The position numbers and the translations under genes are program-made. Positions 19,960-29,475 of a stretch of DNA of 64,000 nt are shown here, piece after piece. The stretch's first letter is position 1. Every line of letters begins with the position of its first letter. Origin of the DNA: Candidatus Hydrogenedentota bacterium (GTDB lineage: Bacteria > Hydrogenedentota > Hydrogenedentia > Hydrogenedentales > SLHB01); NCBI GenBank assembly GCA_963745075.1, contig CAVUWV010000001.1, forward strand, positions 352,001 through 416,000. Reading direction: 5' to 3'. The notes below the pieces were generated by a model. The model was not told the origin of the DNA, did no database searches, and worked only from the letters and a program-made list of their open reading frames with translations.

Positions 19960-21490
19960 ATGTGTCCGTCCATCCCATCCCGCACCCGCTTCGCCCGCCA
20001 CTACCTCCGCGACCGCCACGGTTCCCCCTGGGCGCCTTGGCCGTATCAGTCTTTGTCCTTGGAATCCCTCGCACCTCGGAAGGTGCATTGCGATGGGCGG
20101 GATGTGGGGAAAACGTCGGAGATCGAGATCGTGGCGGCGTGGGCGTCGGTGATGCGGCCGAATTCGCAGATGTTGATTGCGACGCAGTGTGAGAATCATT
20201 TGTTTCCGTTGATGGACCGGATCGTGCGGGTGTTTGAAAGCGATTCATGGAAAGAGGGACAGACCGGTCTCGACGGAATGAAAGAGGGCAATGAAAGAGG
20301 GACATGGGCGTGGAAAAGAGGGACAGACACGTCTCGCTTCGCTCGCTTGCGTCAGTCCCTCTTTTCCGGTCGCTGGGGTCAGTCCCTTGGTGGAGGTGAA
20401 GCGGACGCCGTCGTGGTGTTTGCGGTTTGCGAACGGGTTTGTGTTGTGGGGGCGGATTGCGGGGCCGCACGGGATGAATTTCCAGGGGCTGCACGTGGAT
20501 TGGCAGATTGTCGACGAGGCGCAGGAGATGACGGATGCGGCGTGGGAGGAGATGTTTCAGGCGTTGAACGCCGGCGGGTGGCGCTGGGTGTATGGGGTGC
20601 CGAACGGGTTGCGGAACACGTTTCACCGGATGACGACGGACCCGGACGCGGAGCAGTACAACTGGCCGTCGTCGTCGAATCCGGCGTGGTCGGCGGAGAA
20701 GGAGGCGGAGTTGGCGCGGCTGTATGGCGGCAAGGATTCGCCGGGGTACATCCATCGGGTGCTGGGGCAACACGGTTCGCCGGCGTATGCGGTGTTCGAT
20801 CTGAATGCGTATCTCGCGTGTGTGGACGGGGGGCTGGAGTGGTTCGAGGCGTCGCTGGGGGAGGACGATCCCTTCGAGGCACCGTCGGGCGTGGCGAAGG
20901 GCACCCATTATCTGGGCTGCGACCTGGGGTACGTGCGCGATCCGTCGGAGTTTGTGATCTACCGGAGTGCGCCGCCGGATTTGGTGAACGTGGGGCGGGT
21001 ACACTTGCACGGGGTCAATTATCATCGGCAGCAGGGCATCATCGAGGAGTTGGATCGCGCGTATGACTTCCGGGCGATCGGCATCGATGCGGGGAACAAC
21101 GGGAGCGCGGTGGCGCATAACCTGAAGAACATCGACGTGGACTGGCATGAGAAGGTCATGGCGTTCGAGTTCGGGGGCGTATGCGAAGCGGGGTCGTTTC
21201 CGGACGGGTCGCCGGACCGGCGTCCGACGAAGCTGTTCATGACGGAGCTGTTGCAGCGGCGGATGGCGGACCGGACGATTGTGTTTCCGCCGCCGGCGGA
21301 TCGGGAGTCGCAGTACGCGGGGCACACGTATACCGCCGGGATGCGGGGGCAGGTCCTGTTCGACAAGGGGAACGACCACATTATCGACGCGGATCGGTGC
21401 GCGGTGCTGGCGCATTACCTCGACACGCAGGAGGTGGGGGCGCAGAACGTCGGTGGGTACTATCCCCGTCTCCGGTTGGAGGCGTTTTAG
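19960..21490 (+). CDS. terL: Phage terminase large subunit-like protein, split by a REP insertion / +1 frameshift at ~20245-20385
   Basis: PWPYQ adenine-binding motif, Walker A GRDVGKT, Walker B WQIVDEAQ, motif III-like GVPNG, nuclease acidic motifs LGCDLG, IGIDAG, NDHIIDADR. Confidence 0.82.
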
Positions 21491-21520
21491 TGTTGCAAGT
21501 TGGCGAATCCCTTACAATTC

Positions 21521-21585
21521 AATCGAAATCGAAATCGAAATCGAATTGCAAAGGCAACGTGTCTGCGATTTCGATCCCGATTTCG
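21521..21585. repeat. (AATCGA)x4 hexamer run with partial inverted counterpart
   Basis: AATCGA x4 at 21521-21544; CGATTTCGATCCCGATTTCG at 21566-21585. Confidence 0.8.
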
Positions 21586-21633
21586 GCAGCGGCGAGACTG
21601 GCATGCTGCGCAGTCAGGAGCGCGCGGCGCAAC

Positions 21634-21879
21634 TTACGTATCGGACGTGACATTTTCGCGCCAGCGCGCTTCAATCGTGTCAGCGGAAAGATCGGCCCCG
21701 CACCGCCACTCGACATAGTAGCTCCCGTTGCGAACCTGGGAAAACTCGACCCAGTTTCGCAACGGCACAAAGGCCGGCGATTCGAAATACGGGCGAACAT
21801 CGAAGATGCCGGAGCGGCCGTCTTCGGCGACCACATGCAGCGTGCCGTTTTCCTGTGGAGTGACCGTTGCGATTCTCAC
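21634..21879 (-). CDS. DUF2442 protein (putative antitoxin)
   Basis: DGRSGIFDVRPY...F.PL....F..V......VEW..GADL..DTI; GTG start overlaps the upstream TGA. Confidence 0.85.
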   Translation of the reverse strand: MRIATVTPQENGTLHVVAEDGRSGIFDVRPYFESPAFVPLRNWVEFSQVRNGSYYVEWRCGADLSADTIEARWRENVTSDT

Positions 21880-22148
21880 TGATCCAATCCTCGAATAGGC
21901 AAGGGATTCTGGCCGTTTACAGCCAGTTCCCAATCCGCCATCAAGTCTTCCTGATGAATCTCGATCCAGGCGACCACCAGTTTATGCTTCTTCGGCGGCA
22001 GACTACCTGCCAACACGCTTCCGTCCGCAATCGAATACACGGCGACCTCGCCCTGATAGTCCGCATGAATGTGTGGCAAGTGATGTCTGTCTGTGTCGTG
22101 AAAGAACATTCGGATCAAAATGCCGTAGAACATCGATATCGTAGGCAT
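21876..22148 (-). CDS. DUF4160 protein (putative HicA-like toxin)
   Basis: MPTISMFYGILIRMFF.D...H..PHIHA.Y...LV.AW.EIH..DL..DW.LA...I..L. Confidence 0.92.
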   Translation of the reverse strand: MPTISMFYGILIRMFFHDTDRHHLPHIHADYQGEVAVYSIADGSVLAGSLPPKKHKLVVAWIEIHQEDLMADWELAVNGQNPLPIRGLDQ

Positions 22149-22325
22149 GCGACCTGCTCCTGTTTCTCACGGCGCCCAGAGATGACCGATGTATCCAGTT
22201 TTCTCGGAGCAACGGCCATCCATAGCTTACGCAGTCATTATTCCACGTCAATCGCGCCCCGGTCTACCTCGTCCGTGGTAGTTTCCACGGGGGCCGCCTC
22301 CCCTACTTGCGCCGCCGTCTCGCCG

Positions 22326-23252
22326 CTACCCTTTCAGCGCGCCGACGGTGATGCCGCGGGTGAGTTGCCGCTGCAAGAGGATGTACACGAAGAGCGTGGG
22401 GAGCAACACGATGACCAGTCCCGCGAACATCAACCCGAAATCGGTCTTGTACTGGGCCTGAATGCTGACCGCGGCCAGACCGAGCGGCAGGGTCTTGTGG
22501 GAGTCCGAGTTCACGAAGACGAGGGCGAAGAGGTATTCGTTCCAGATGCCGAGGAAGTTGAAGATGGCGGCGGTAACCAAACCGGGTTTTGCGAGCGGGA
22601 GCATGATGTGGCGGAACACGCTGTACTCCGAGCAGCCGTCGATGATGCCCGCTTCGCGCAGGGTGCCGGGGAGGGATTTGAAGAAGCCGGTCAACACGAG
22701 AATCGTAAACGGAAGACTGAGGGCGACGTAGATCGTGATGAGCCCCGTGAAGGTATCGTGCAGGTGCATCTCGTATCCCAGGGGCGACAACAGCGCGGTG
22801 CCCCATCGCGATAACGCGGTGAATTGAAAAAAGAGGGGGATGAGCACGAGTTGCGCGGGGATCATCAGGCCGCTGACGAAGTAGAGGAAGAGCAGCCGGC
22901 TTCCGCGGAATGGGAATTTGGCGAGTACGTAGGCCGCCATCGCGGACACGCCGAGGATCCCCAACAAGGAGATCGATGTGACCAGGATGCTGTTGAAGAA
23001 GAACCGGCTGAACTTCGATTTCACCCAGGCCTTCTGGTAGTTGGACACCACGGCCTGCGCCGGCGTTTCCACATCCGGGTTGTCGGCATAAGGGGAACCG
23101 GTAACCAACCAGGGAATGCCAAAGGGGTCTTCGACGAACTCTTTGGAACTGCGGGCCGAACTTGCAACGACCCACAGCAAGGGCATCACCACGGCCAGCA
23201 ACCAGACGACCAGGATGAAATAGAGCGCTATGCGTCCCAATGCCGAAATCAT
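22326..23252 (-). CDS. Carbohydrate ABC transporter permease (MalG-like)
   Basis: EAGIIDGCS EAA loop, PLAKPGL, WNEYL, GITVGALKG. Confidence 0.93.
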   Translation of the reverse strand: MISALGRIALYFILVVWLLAVVMPLLWVVASSARSSKEFVEDPFGIPWLVTGSPYADNPDVETPAQAVVSNYQKAWVKSKFSRFFFNSILVTSISLLGILGVSAMAAYVLAKFPFRGSRLLFLYFVSGLMIPAQLVLIPLFFQFTALSRWGTALLSPLGYEMHLHDTFTGLITIYVALSLPFTILVLTGFFKSLPGTLREAGIIDGCSEYSVFRHIMLPLAKPGLVTAAIFNFLGIWNEYLFALVFVNSDSHKTLPLGLAAVSIQAQYKTDFGLMFAGLVIVLLPTLFVYILLQRQLTRGITVGALKG

Positions 23253-24154
23253 CAGTATTCCAAGGCCTCCCTCCGGGAAAACCGCAACGTTACCAGTGTT
23301 GCCAGAAACACGAGGACAAACAGCATGACCGCCACGGCGGACCCGTAGCCGACGTTGTATTCGCTGAACACCTTTTGGTAGAGCAGCGTCGCCATGACGT
23401 GGGTCTCGCGCGAGGGCCATTCGTTGTCCATGATCCACACGGCCTCGAACAGTTTGAGACTCGTGATAACGAGAAAGACGATGCCGACGACGAGCACTTC
23501 GCGGATCAGGGGCAGGGTGATATGCCAAAACTGACGAAACGGGGAGGCGCCTTCCAATTCCGCGACTTCGTAGAAGGACTCCGGGATTCCTTCCATGGCG
23601 GCCAGAAACAACACCATGTAGAAGCCGGTCATGGTCCATACCAACATCGGCACGATGGAATAGATGAGGTACTGCTTGCCCGTGAAGGGGAAGGGGAGAT
23701 CGAGGGTGGGCCAGTGAAAATGGGCCTGCAACCACGCGAGAAATCCGTTCACGACGCCGAATTCCGTGGTGCTGTACAGGAGGACCCAAAGCAGCGCGAT
23801 GGCAACCGATGCAATGACGTTGGGGAAGAAAAACGCGACGCGGAAGATGGCAGCCCCGCGAACGCGCCGATGCAGGACCGATGCGAAGAACAGCGAAAGC
23901 ACCAGGACCATGCTGCCGGCGGTGACGGTCAAAAACACGTTGTGCCCGAGAGCCAGCCGGAACAACCCGTCATCCGTGAACAATGCGCGGAAATTCGCCA
24001 ATCCGACCCATTTGGGCGTCGAGAGGCCGTCCCATTTTTCGAGGCTGTACAGCAGCGCCCGCACGCCGGGGATCGCCACGAATCCAGTGAACAGCAGAAA
24101 CGCCGGTGTCAGAAACGTGAGGATGAAGACCGTCTGTTCCCGCGTGCGTTTCAC
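23252..24154 (-). CDS. Carbohydrate ABC transporter permease (MalF-like)
   Basis: WVGLANF, YEVAELEGAS...QFWHITLPL, GYGSAVAV. Confidence 0.93.
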   Translation of the reverse strand: MKRTREQTVFILTFLTPAFLLFTGFVAIPGVRALLYSLEKWDGLSTPKWVGLANFRALFTDDGLFRLALGHNVFLTVTAGSMVLVLSLFFASVLHRRVRGAAIFRVAFFFPNVIASVAIALLWVLLYSTTEFGVVNGFLAWLQAHFHWPTLDLPFPFTGKQYLIYSIVPMLVWTMTGFYMVLFLAAMEGIPESFYEVAELEGASPFRQFWHITLPLIREVLVVGIVFLVITSLKLFEAVWIMDNEWPSRETHVMATLLYQKVFSEYNVGYGSAVAVMLFVLVFLATLVTLRFSRREALEY

Positions 24155-25548
24155 GGTTTTTCTCCGAAGGCCGTGGGGTCGTAGGGGGAGAAGTTTGGAA
24201 TGATGGTGTCAGGATTGGCACGGGCGCGCGTGATGCCGTCGTCCATCCGTTTGCCGAATTCTTCGGGCGTAATGGATCCCTCGAGCAACGCGCCCAGCGC
24301 GGGAGTCATGACTTGCTGCGTCCATTCCAGAAGCAAGGTATCGAGCCGCACATTGAAAATGCCGGGCGCGCCATGGATGCGCGATGCGTCCATCATGTCG
24401 AGAACCGATTGCAGCGCCGGGGTGACGGCCGACCGGGGCGTTCCCTCTTGGATGGGGGAAATGACGCCGATACTCGCGCCCATGTCCGGCGCGTTCCGCG
24501 GCGACACCATGAAGCGCGTGAAGTCTGCGGCGATATCCGTGTACCGGCCGTCCGACGGCATGTAGACACACTCGGCGCCCAGTCCGTTGAATAGTTTGGG
24601 ATTGCCGTTGCCGCCGTCGACCGCGGGGACGTTGAAACAACGCAATTCGAAGCCCGGGGGGATGATGTCCTTTTGCTCGTTCTCGAGCCAGACCCCGCAA
24701 AAGATCATCGCCGCGCGATTGTTGCAGAACTGAAGCTGGCTCTCGGTGTGGGTCATGGCCATGGCGCCCCGTTGAAAGTAGTGGGTCGCCATCTCCTGGA
24801 GCAAGCGCGCGGCCCACAACGCGTCCGGTTCGCTGAAGGCGCCGGGTTCCAATGCGTTCATGCGATTGATTAGCGAGAGCCCGCCGCATCGTTGCGCGAG
24901 CGAGATGTAGGTGAACCACGAGTAATACGGATATTTCCCCTGAAACGCGATGGGGGCGATTCCTTCGGATTGGATTTGCTCGCACAAGGTCTCGAACGCG
25001 GACCACGTGGTGGGGATGTTCCACCCGTGCTCGCGGAACTGGCGGGCGTCGTACCAGCAGCCCCAGGCGCCGAAGCTCGTTGGGATGGCGTAGACGTGGC
25101 CGTCGCTTTTGTACGCGTCGAGCGTACCGGGAATAAAGAGGTCTCTCCAAGGTCTGTCGCTGCCGTACGCCGGTTTGTCGAGTTCGTCGTCGAATGGTTT
25201 CAACTTCCCGGTACTGATCATCAGCCAGAGGGGCAAGCGGTTATCCAGAACCAGCGCCGGCGGGTCACCGCGCAAGACCCGCGGTTTAATCTTTTCGGCA
25301 ATGCGGGGTTCTCCCCAGAGGTCGATTTCGATGCCATCGTCGCGATGGGCGGCCGTGTATTCGGCCGCGATCTTTTGATGCCAGTAGATGCCGTAGCCCC
25401 CTTCAAAAACGGCTACCTCGACGTGGCGGATAGCACCTTCCCCGACCTGGGCCGGCCGGATGACGCCGTCCCAGAACAAGAAACCGATGCAGCACACAAT
25501 CGCGACGAAGACGCCTGCGAGACCGGATATGCGAAGGAGCAGATTCAC
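24151..25548 (-). CDS. Sugar ABC transporter substrate-binding protein (NgcE-like)
   Basis: VAVFEGGYG, P.TW..F..LC..I...GIAP..FQGKYPYY, HTESQ..F...AAMI.CG.WLENE. Confidence 0.85.
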   Translation of the reverse strand: MNLLLRISGLAGVFVAIVCCIGFLFWDGVIRPAQVGEGAIRHVEVAVFEGGYGIYWHQKIAAEYTAAHRDDGIEIDLWGEPRIAEKIKPRVLRGDPPALVLDNRLPLWLMISTGKLKPFDDELDKPAYGSDRPWRDLFIPGTLDAYKSDGHVYAIPTSFGAWGCWYDARQFREHGWNIPTTWSAFETLCEQIQSEGIAPIAFQGKYPYYSWFTYISLAQRCGGLSLINRMNALEPGAFSEPDALWAARLLQEMATHYFQRGAMAMTHTESQLQFCNNRAAMIFCGVWLENEQKDIIPPGFELRCFNVPAVDGGNGNPKLFNGLGAECVYMPSDGRYTDIAADFTRFMVSPRNAPDMGASIGVISPIQEGTPRSAVTPALQSVLDMMDASRIHGAPGIFNVRLDTLLLEWTQQVMTPALGALLEGSITPEEFGKRMDDGITRARANPDTIIPNFSPYDPTAFGEKP

Positions 25549-25630
25549 GCAGCGATTGTAGTGACTCGTCGTGGAGGAGGCAAGACAGCAACGAGGCGCG
25601 GGGAGTCGTCGTGCAGCCTGCCTCCGACCC

Positions 25631-25639
25631 TGCTATAAT
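25631..25639 (+). promoter_or_regulatory. Extended -10 sigma70-like promoter element
   Basis: TGCTATAAT about 40 nt upstream of the PilZ gene start. Confidence 0.55.
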
Positions 25640-25678
25640 GCGAAGACAGCGATGTCAACGGGGTACAGAGGGGGCTTC

Positions 25679-26728
25679 ATGTCAAGTGTCGATGAGGTTG
25701 AACGGTATTTTGAGGTTGGCCGCGCCGTCGTCCTGCAATCGAAGCGGATCCAGGGGGAAGAGGGACGCGTGCGCACGTTCGTGCGCGGTTGGCAGCGGGG
25801 CGCCTACCTGTTGTTGGATGTCCCGCGCAAAGAAGTGGGAAATGCGTCGCTTCGCGTGAACGACCCCTGCGTGCTCCGGTTTCTTGCGGAGGGAGACGCG
25901 TGCGGATGCAACGCGGAGGTGGAGGATCTCGGCACGGGATCCCACTTCTCGTATATCCGGGTCACCTGGCCCCGCGACGTATCCTGCGTTCGGGTACGAA
26001 AGTACGAGCGCGTTCACGTGCACACTTCTTGTTCCGTACGTTTGGACAACGACAAAACGATTGAAGGAGAACTGGTCGACCTGAGCGCGGGCGGCTGCAA
26101 AGTCCGAGTGCCGCATATCCTGCCAAAGGGGGACCGAATCGTAATGTCTTTTTGCCTGCCGGACGGTTCCGCGGTTGATGAGATCGTGGCGGTCGTTTGC
26201 GCGTCGGCCGAGGATTCAGAGGGCGCCTGGGTCGGGTGCGAATACCACGACCCGGAGGAAGGGGCCATCTACGATATCGAGTTTTTTGTCGCGGCCACGC
26301 TTGCCCGTCTGCGCGCGGAACCCCCGGAGAGTCCGCATGTACTTGTCATTGAACCGGACTTGAGCAAGGTGAACGACCTTCGCATCGGGCTCAAATCTGC
26401 CGGATACGAAGTAATCCTGGCGCCCGGTCCTGTGGATGGTTTCTTCTGGTTGCGTTTGTCGACGCCGTCCGTCCTGGTGGCTTCGGCCGAGCAGCAGGTC
26501 ATCAGCGGAGCGGACATTGTCGGAATCATAAAGACAACCCGTCAATTCAAAAATCTGCCCGTTATCGTATACGGCGGCGACGCCACCATCGGGAAACGGG
26601 CGATGGAAGCGGGCGCGGCATTTCACGTGCCATCAGCGGCCGACGTGCAGAAGATTACCGGCGCGGTAAAAGAGTTAATCGAAAAGAATGCGCGCAAACC
26701 CGAGGAAACCGCCGGCACCGGCCTCTGA
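25679..26728 (+). CDS. YcgR-like PilZN-PilZ protein with C-terminal pseudo-receiver domain
   Basis: RKYER (RxxxR) and DLSAGG (DxSxxG); REC-like VLVIEPD...GYEV...PSVLVAS...LPVIV...GA. Confidence 0.85.
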   Translation: MSSVDEVERYFEVGRAVVLQSKRIQGEEGRVRTFVRGWQRGAYLLLDVPRKEVGNASLRVNDPCVLRFLAEGDACGCNAEVEDLGTGSHFSYIRVTWPRDVSCVRVRKYERVHVHTSCSVRLDNDKTIEGELVDLSAGGCKVRVPHILPKGDRIVMSFCLPDGSAVDEIVAVVCASAEDSEGAWVGCEYHDPEEGAIYDIEFFVAATLARLRAEPPESPHVLVIEPDLSKVNDLRIGLKSAGYEVILAPGPVDGFFWLRLSTPSVLVASAEQQVISGADIVGIIKTTRQFKNLPVIVYGGDATIGKRAMEAGAAFHVPSAADVQKITGAVKELIEKNARKPEETAGTGL

Positions 26729-26732
26729 ATGC

Positions 26733-27860
26733 TCAAAACACCCGCAGAACGATGCAGTTCAAGTAGGCGGTTTCGGGCATGGTCAAGAGGACCGGATGAT
26801 CCCGAGCGGCCCCACGTTCTTCCAGGACCCACACGTCGCGCTGCGCGGCCCGTGCAGCCCGCTTCAAGACTTCGACAAACGCCGGTCCGTCCATGAAATG
26901 GGAACAGGTGCTCGTGACCAGATACCCGCCCGGTTCGACCGCCTCCATGGCATCCCGGTTCAACGCCTGATACAACCCCGCGGCTTTGCGGCTCTGGCCG
27001 CGTGACTTTGCGAAGGCCGGGGGATCCAGTATCACGAGGTCGTACCGTTGGCCCCGTTGGAGCGCGGTGCGCACGTCCACGCATTCGAAAATGCACCGAT
27101 CGCTGAGCGCGTTCCGTTCCGCATTGCGCCTGGCGTGCGCGATGGCCGTCTCCGAAGAATCGACCGCCAATACCGACGCGGCGCCGGCCGCCGCCATATG
27201 GCAAGCCCATTGCCCCGAATAACAATGCCCGTCGAAGACTCGGGCGCCGCGGGCCAATGAACGTGCCGCGAGTACGTTCTCCCGCTGATCCAGAAATGCA
27301 CCGGTCTTTTGTCCGCGCTCAAGATCAACTACGAATTGCAATCCACCGTGGCTCACTTCAACGGAACCCGGCGCCTCGCCCGCGTTGCGCCGGCCGCCCG
27401 GCAGGTTCAGTTGTACGCCTTCGACGCCATCGTGGCGCGTGAGGATCGAGGCGAGGGCGTCCCCGTACGCCGCGTAAAACGCGCATCCGGACTGAACGAC
27501 CGCAACCGGCCCGTACCGGTCGATCACCATGCCCGGCAACCGGTCGCTCTCGCCATGAACCCAGCGATAGAAAGTTTCCCCCGGATACAAGCGGTCGCGA
27601 AACTGCTTCGCCTGCGCGATACGACGCTCGAGCAAATCTGTATCGACCGTCTCCGTCTCGCGTTTTGTGATCAACCGAATCGCGATTCCGCCGGTTGCCT
27701 GGTAAAAACCCCTGCCGACGAACCGGCCCCGGTCCGACACGATGTCGACCACCGTTCCGTCTTCCACCCGAGGCAATCGCGCGAACTCATTCCGGTAGGC
27801 CCACAAATGCCCGCGCAACAGGCGGCGGTCTTCTTTTGCTTTTAAGATTGCTGTATCCAT
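26733..27860 (-). CDS. rlmI: RlmI-like class I SAM-dependent rRNA methyltransferase
   Basis: GHLWAY PUA region, GESDRLPG..IDRY, GQKTGAFLDQREN, DLVILDPPAFAK, STCS, PETAYL. Confidence 0.88.
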   Translation of the reverse strand: MDTAILKAKEDRRLLRGHLWAYRNEFARLPRVEDGTVVDIVSDRGRFVGRGFYQATGGIAIRLITKRETETVDTDLLERRIAQAKQFRDRLYPGETFYRWVHGESDRLPGMVIDRYGPVAVVQSGCAFYAAYGDALASILTRHDGVEGVQLNLPGGRRNAGEAPGSVEVSHGGLQFVVDLERGQKTGAFLDQRENVLAARSLARGARVFDGHCYSGQWACHMAAAGAASVLAVDSSETAIAHARRNAERNALSDRCIFECVDVRTALQRGQRYDLVILDPPAFAKSRGQSRKAAGLYQALNRDAMEAVEPGGYLVTSTCSHFMDGPAFVEVLKRAARAAQRDVWVLEERGAARDHPVLLTMPETAYLNCIVLRVF

Positions 27861-28031
27861 AAGCGGAAGAGTGTACCGCAAACCGGCGTGTACTTGCGAG
27901 GAAATTGTTGTCAGGAATTTGTTGTCGTTCGGGCCGATTCGCCCACCGCCGCCGAACCGTGGACATCCGGACAGCCAAAAGATTGATCCGTTCCCCGTCG
28001 TTCGCTATACTATCGCCTCGTCTGAACCCAT

Positions 28032-28107
28032 GGGGATGTAGCTCAGTTGGGAGAGCGCTTGTCTGGCAGACAAGAGGTCAGGGGTTCGATTCCCCTCATC
28101 TCCACCA
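28032..28107 (+). tRNA. tRNA-Ala (anticodon GGC)
   Basis: Cloverleaf GGGGATG...CATCTCCACCA, G3:U70 pair, anticodon arm CTTGT-CTGGCAG-ACAAG, GTTCGA T-loop, encoded CCA. Confidence 0.97.
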
Positions 28108-28121
28108 TCTAACACATTAAT

Positions 28122-28162
28122 GACCGCTGGGTTACAAGAATGGCTCGGCGGTCTTTGTTTTT
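28122..28162 (+). terminator. Terminator after tRNA-Ala
   Basis: GACCGCTGGG...CTCGGCGGTC followed by TTTGTTTTT. Confidence 0.65.
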
Positions 28163-29056
28163 GCCTGCCCGGTTTGTAAGTCCGCCCTGATGCCGAGGCA
28201 TCAACAATTCGAGCGTCACGCCAAAACGGTCCACGCGTGCGCGTAGTGTCCAATCGGTGTGCGTTCCTGCACTTTCGTTTCCCATGTCGCTCGTTGTGTA
28301 TCGTTGTTGGCTGACGTTCGCTTCGGGGATTACACGAGGTACGTGCCGTGTCGCGATGGAACCTTCTCGCCGGGGATTTCGGTCCGTCCGGCTTTTCTGA
28401 GTTCGTCGCCAAACTCGTCGATGGTGCGATTACCGGGAGCATCGGTGACCATTACGTACTATGGGAAACCGCTGACATCGGGCAATTGACCGGCGCACTA
28501 CGCATTGGTTGCCACGTTCTCTTGGTGAGCAACTTGTGGTATGTGGGCAGCGGGGATGCCGGGTTTGACCTTACGGTTGCGTCACTCGACTTCATGAGCC
28601 GACTTCGAGTGGCGACGGATGCACCGATTACTCGCGGTCTTCGGATATGCCGAGGAAGCGAACTACGCCGGCATGCTGATTCATGCAGGCGCCGACTTCG
28701 CGACTCGTGTTCCGTTTGATCCGAAGCTGTTTCAGGAAGGGTGTTGCGCTTTCTTACTCCCCTCCCGTGAAGATGCTGTAGTCGCGCATTACCTGCTAAT
28801 CGTATTGCGTGATTTGGTTAGGGCAGTGTATTATGGCGGGTGTACCGGGACGATGCAATATTACAACGCCACGGCACAAGTGTGAACACGGTATCACTCG
28901 TCAAGCTGGTTTGAATGACGAATAGCCTAAGACGATTAGGATGAGAAGTAGAGATAAGAGCTAAGCGAACAAGTCGCTGGACATGTATCGCCTGGAGCAA
29001 CACCGGCTGCGCCGTCAGATGAACTGTCGGCGTGAGTGTTACCCAAGGAGAAGGCA

Positions 29057-29332
29057 ATGACCAAAAAGTATTGGCCAACGGAACGGCAGAAGCGAAGGCA
29101 ATGTCTGGCAGCAGTGATACTAACAATATGTGCTGTGCTCGACGCATACGTACTTCTTAGGAACTTCGATGCTTCGTATGTGTTGGTCGAGATTCTCCTG
29201 GTAGCGTGCGCGGTTTTGCAGTGGAGCATCTACCTCAGCATTCAGACACAACTCGACATTAAGGCAATCCTGACGAGTCAAGAACCAGATGACGATGGGG
29301 CGCATAACAAGCCGAATGCAGGAGACGCTTGA
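29057..29332 (+). CDS. Small two-TM hypothetical protein, cassette-like
   Basis: RBS AAGGAG, lower GC, two hydrophobic helices, 3' end runs into an attC-like site. Confidence 0.65.
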   Translation: MTKKYWPTERQKRRQCLAAVILTICAVLDAYVLLRNFDASYVLVEILLVACAVLQWSIYLSIQTQLDIKAILTSQEPDDDGAHNKPNAGDA

Positions 29333-29475
29333 CAGCGCTCTTAGTCCGTGACGTACCGCACCGATTGAGAATATACGCAAACAAGCTCCGCCGAATGGCA
29401 GGCCAAACACGATGAGGTGCTGCACGAAAAGTGGAGAGTTGACGAGGGTATCATGCGGCGAATTGACCAAGGGAA

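Noticed and set aside
19700..20100. Canonical DnaA-dependent oriC at the skew switch
   Set aside because: No TTATCCACA cluster, AT-rich unwinding element or dnaA/dnaN seen; scan was by eye only.
20245..20385. Intron or intein in terL
   Set aside because: Too short, with no group I/II or intein motifs; better explained as a REP-type insertion.
18090..22148. Intact prophage
   Set aside because: No integrase, portal, capsid, tail, lysis or replication genes; flanks are ordinary chromosomal genes.
28259..28885. Overlapping ORFs after tRNA-Ala, possibly one frameshifted gene
   Set aside because: No recognisable motif or clear start; not called.
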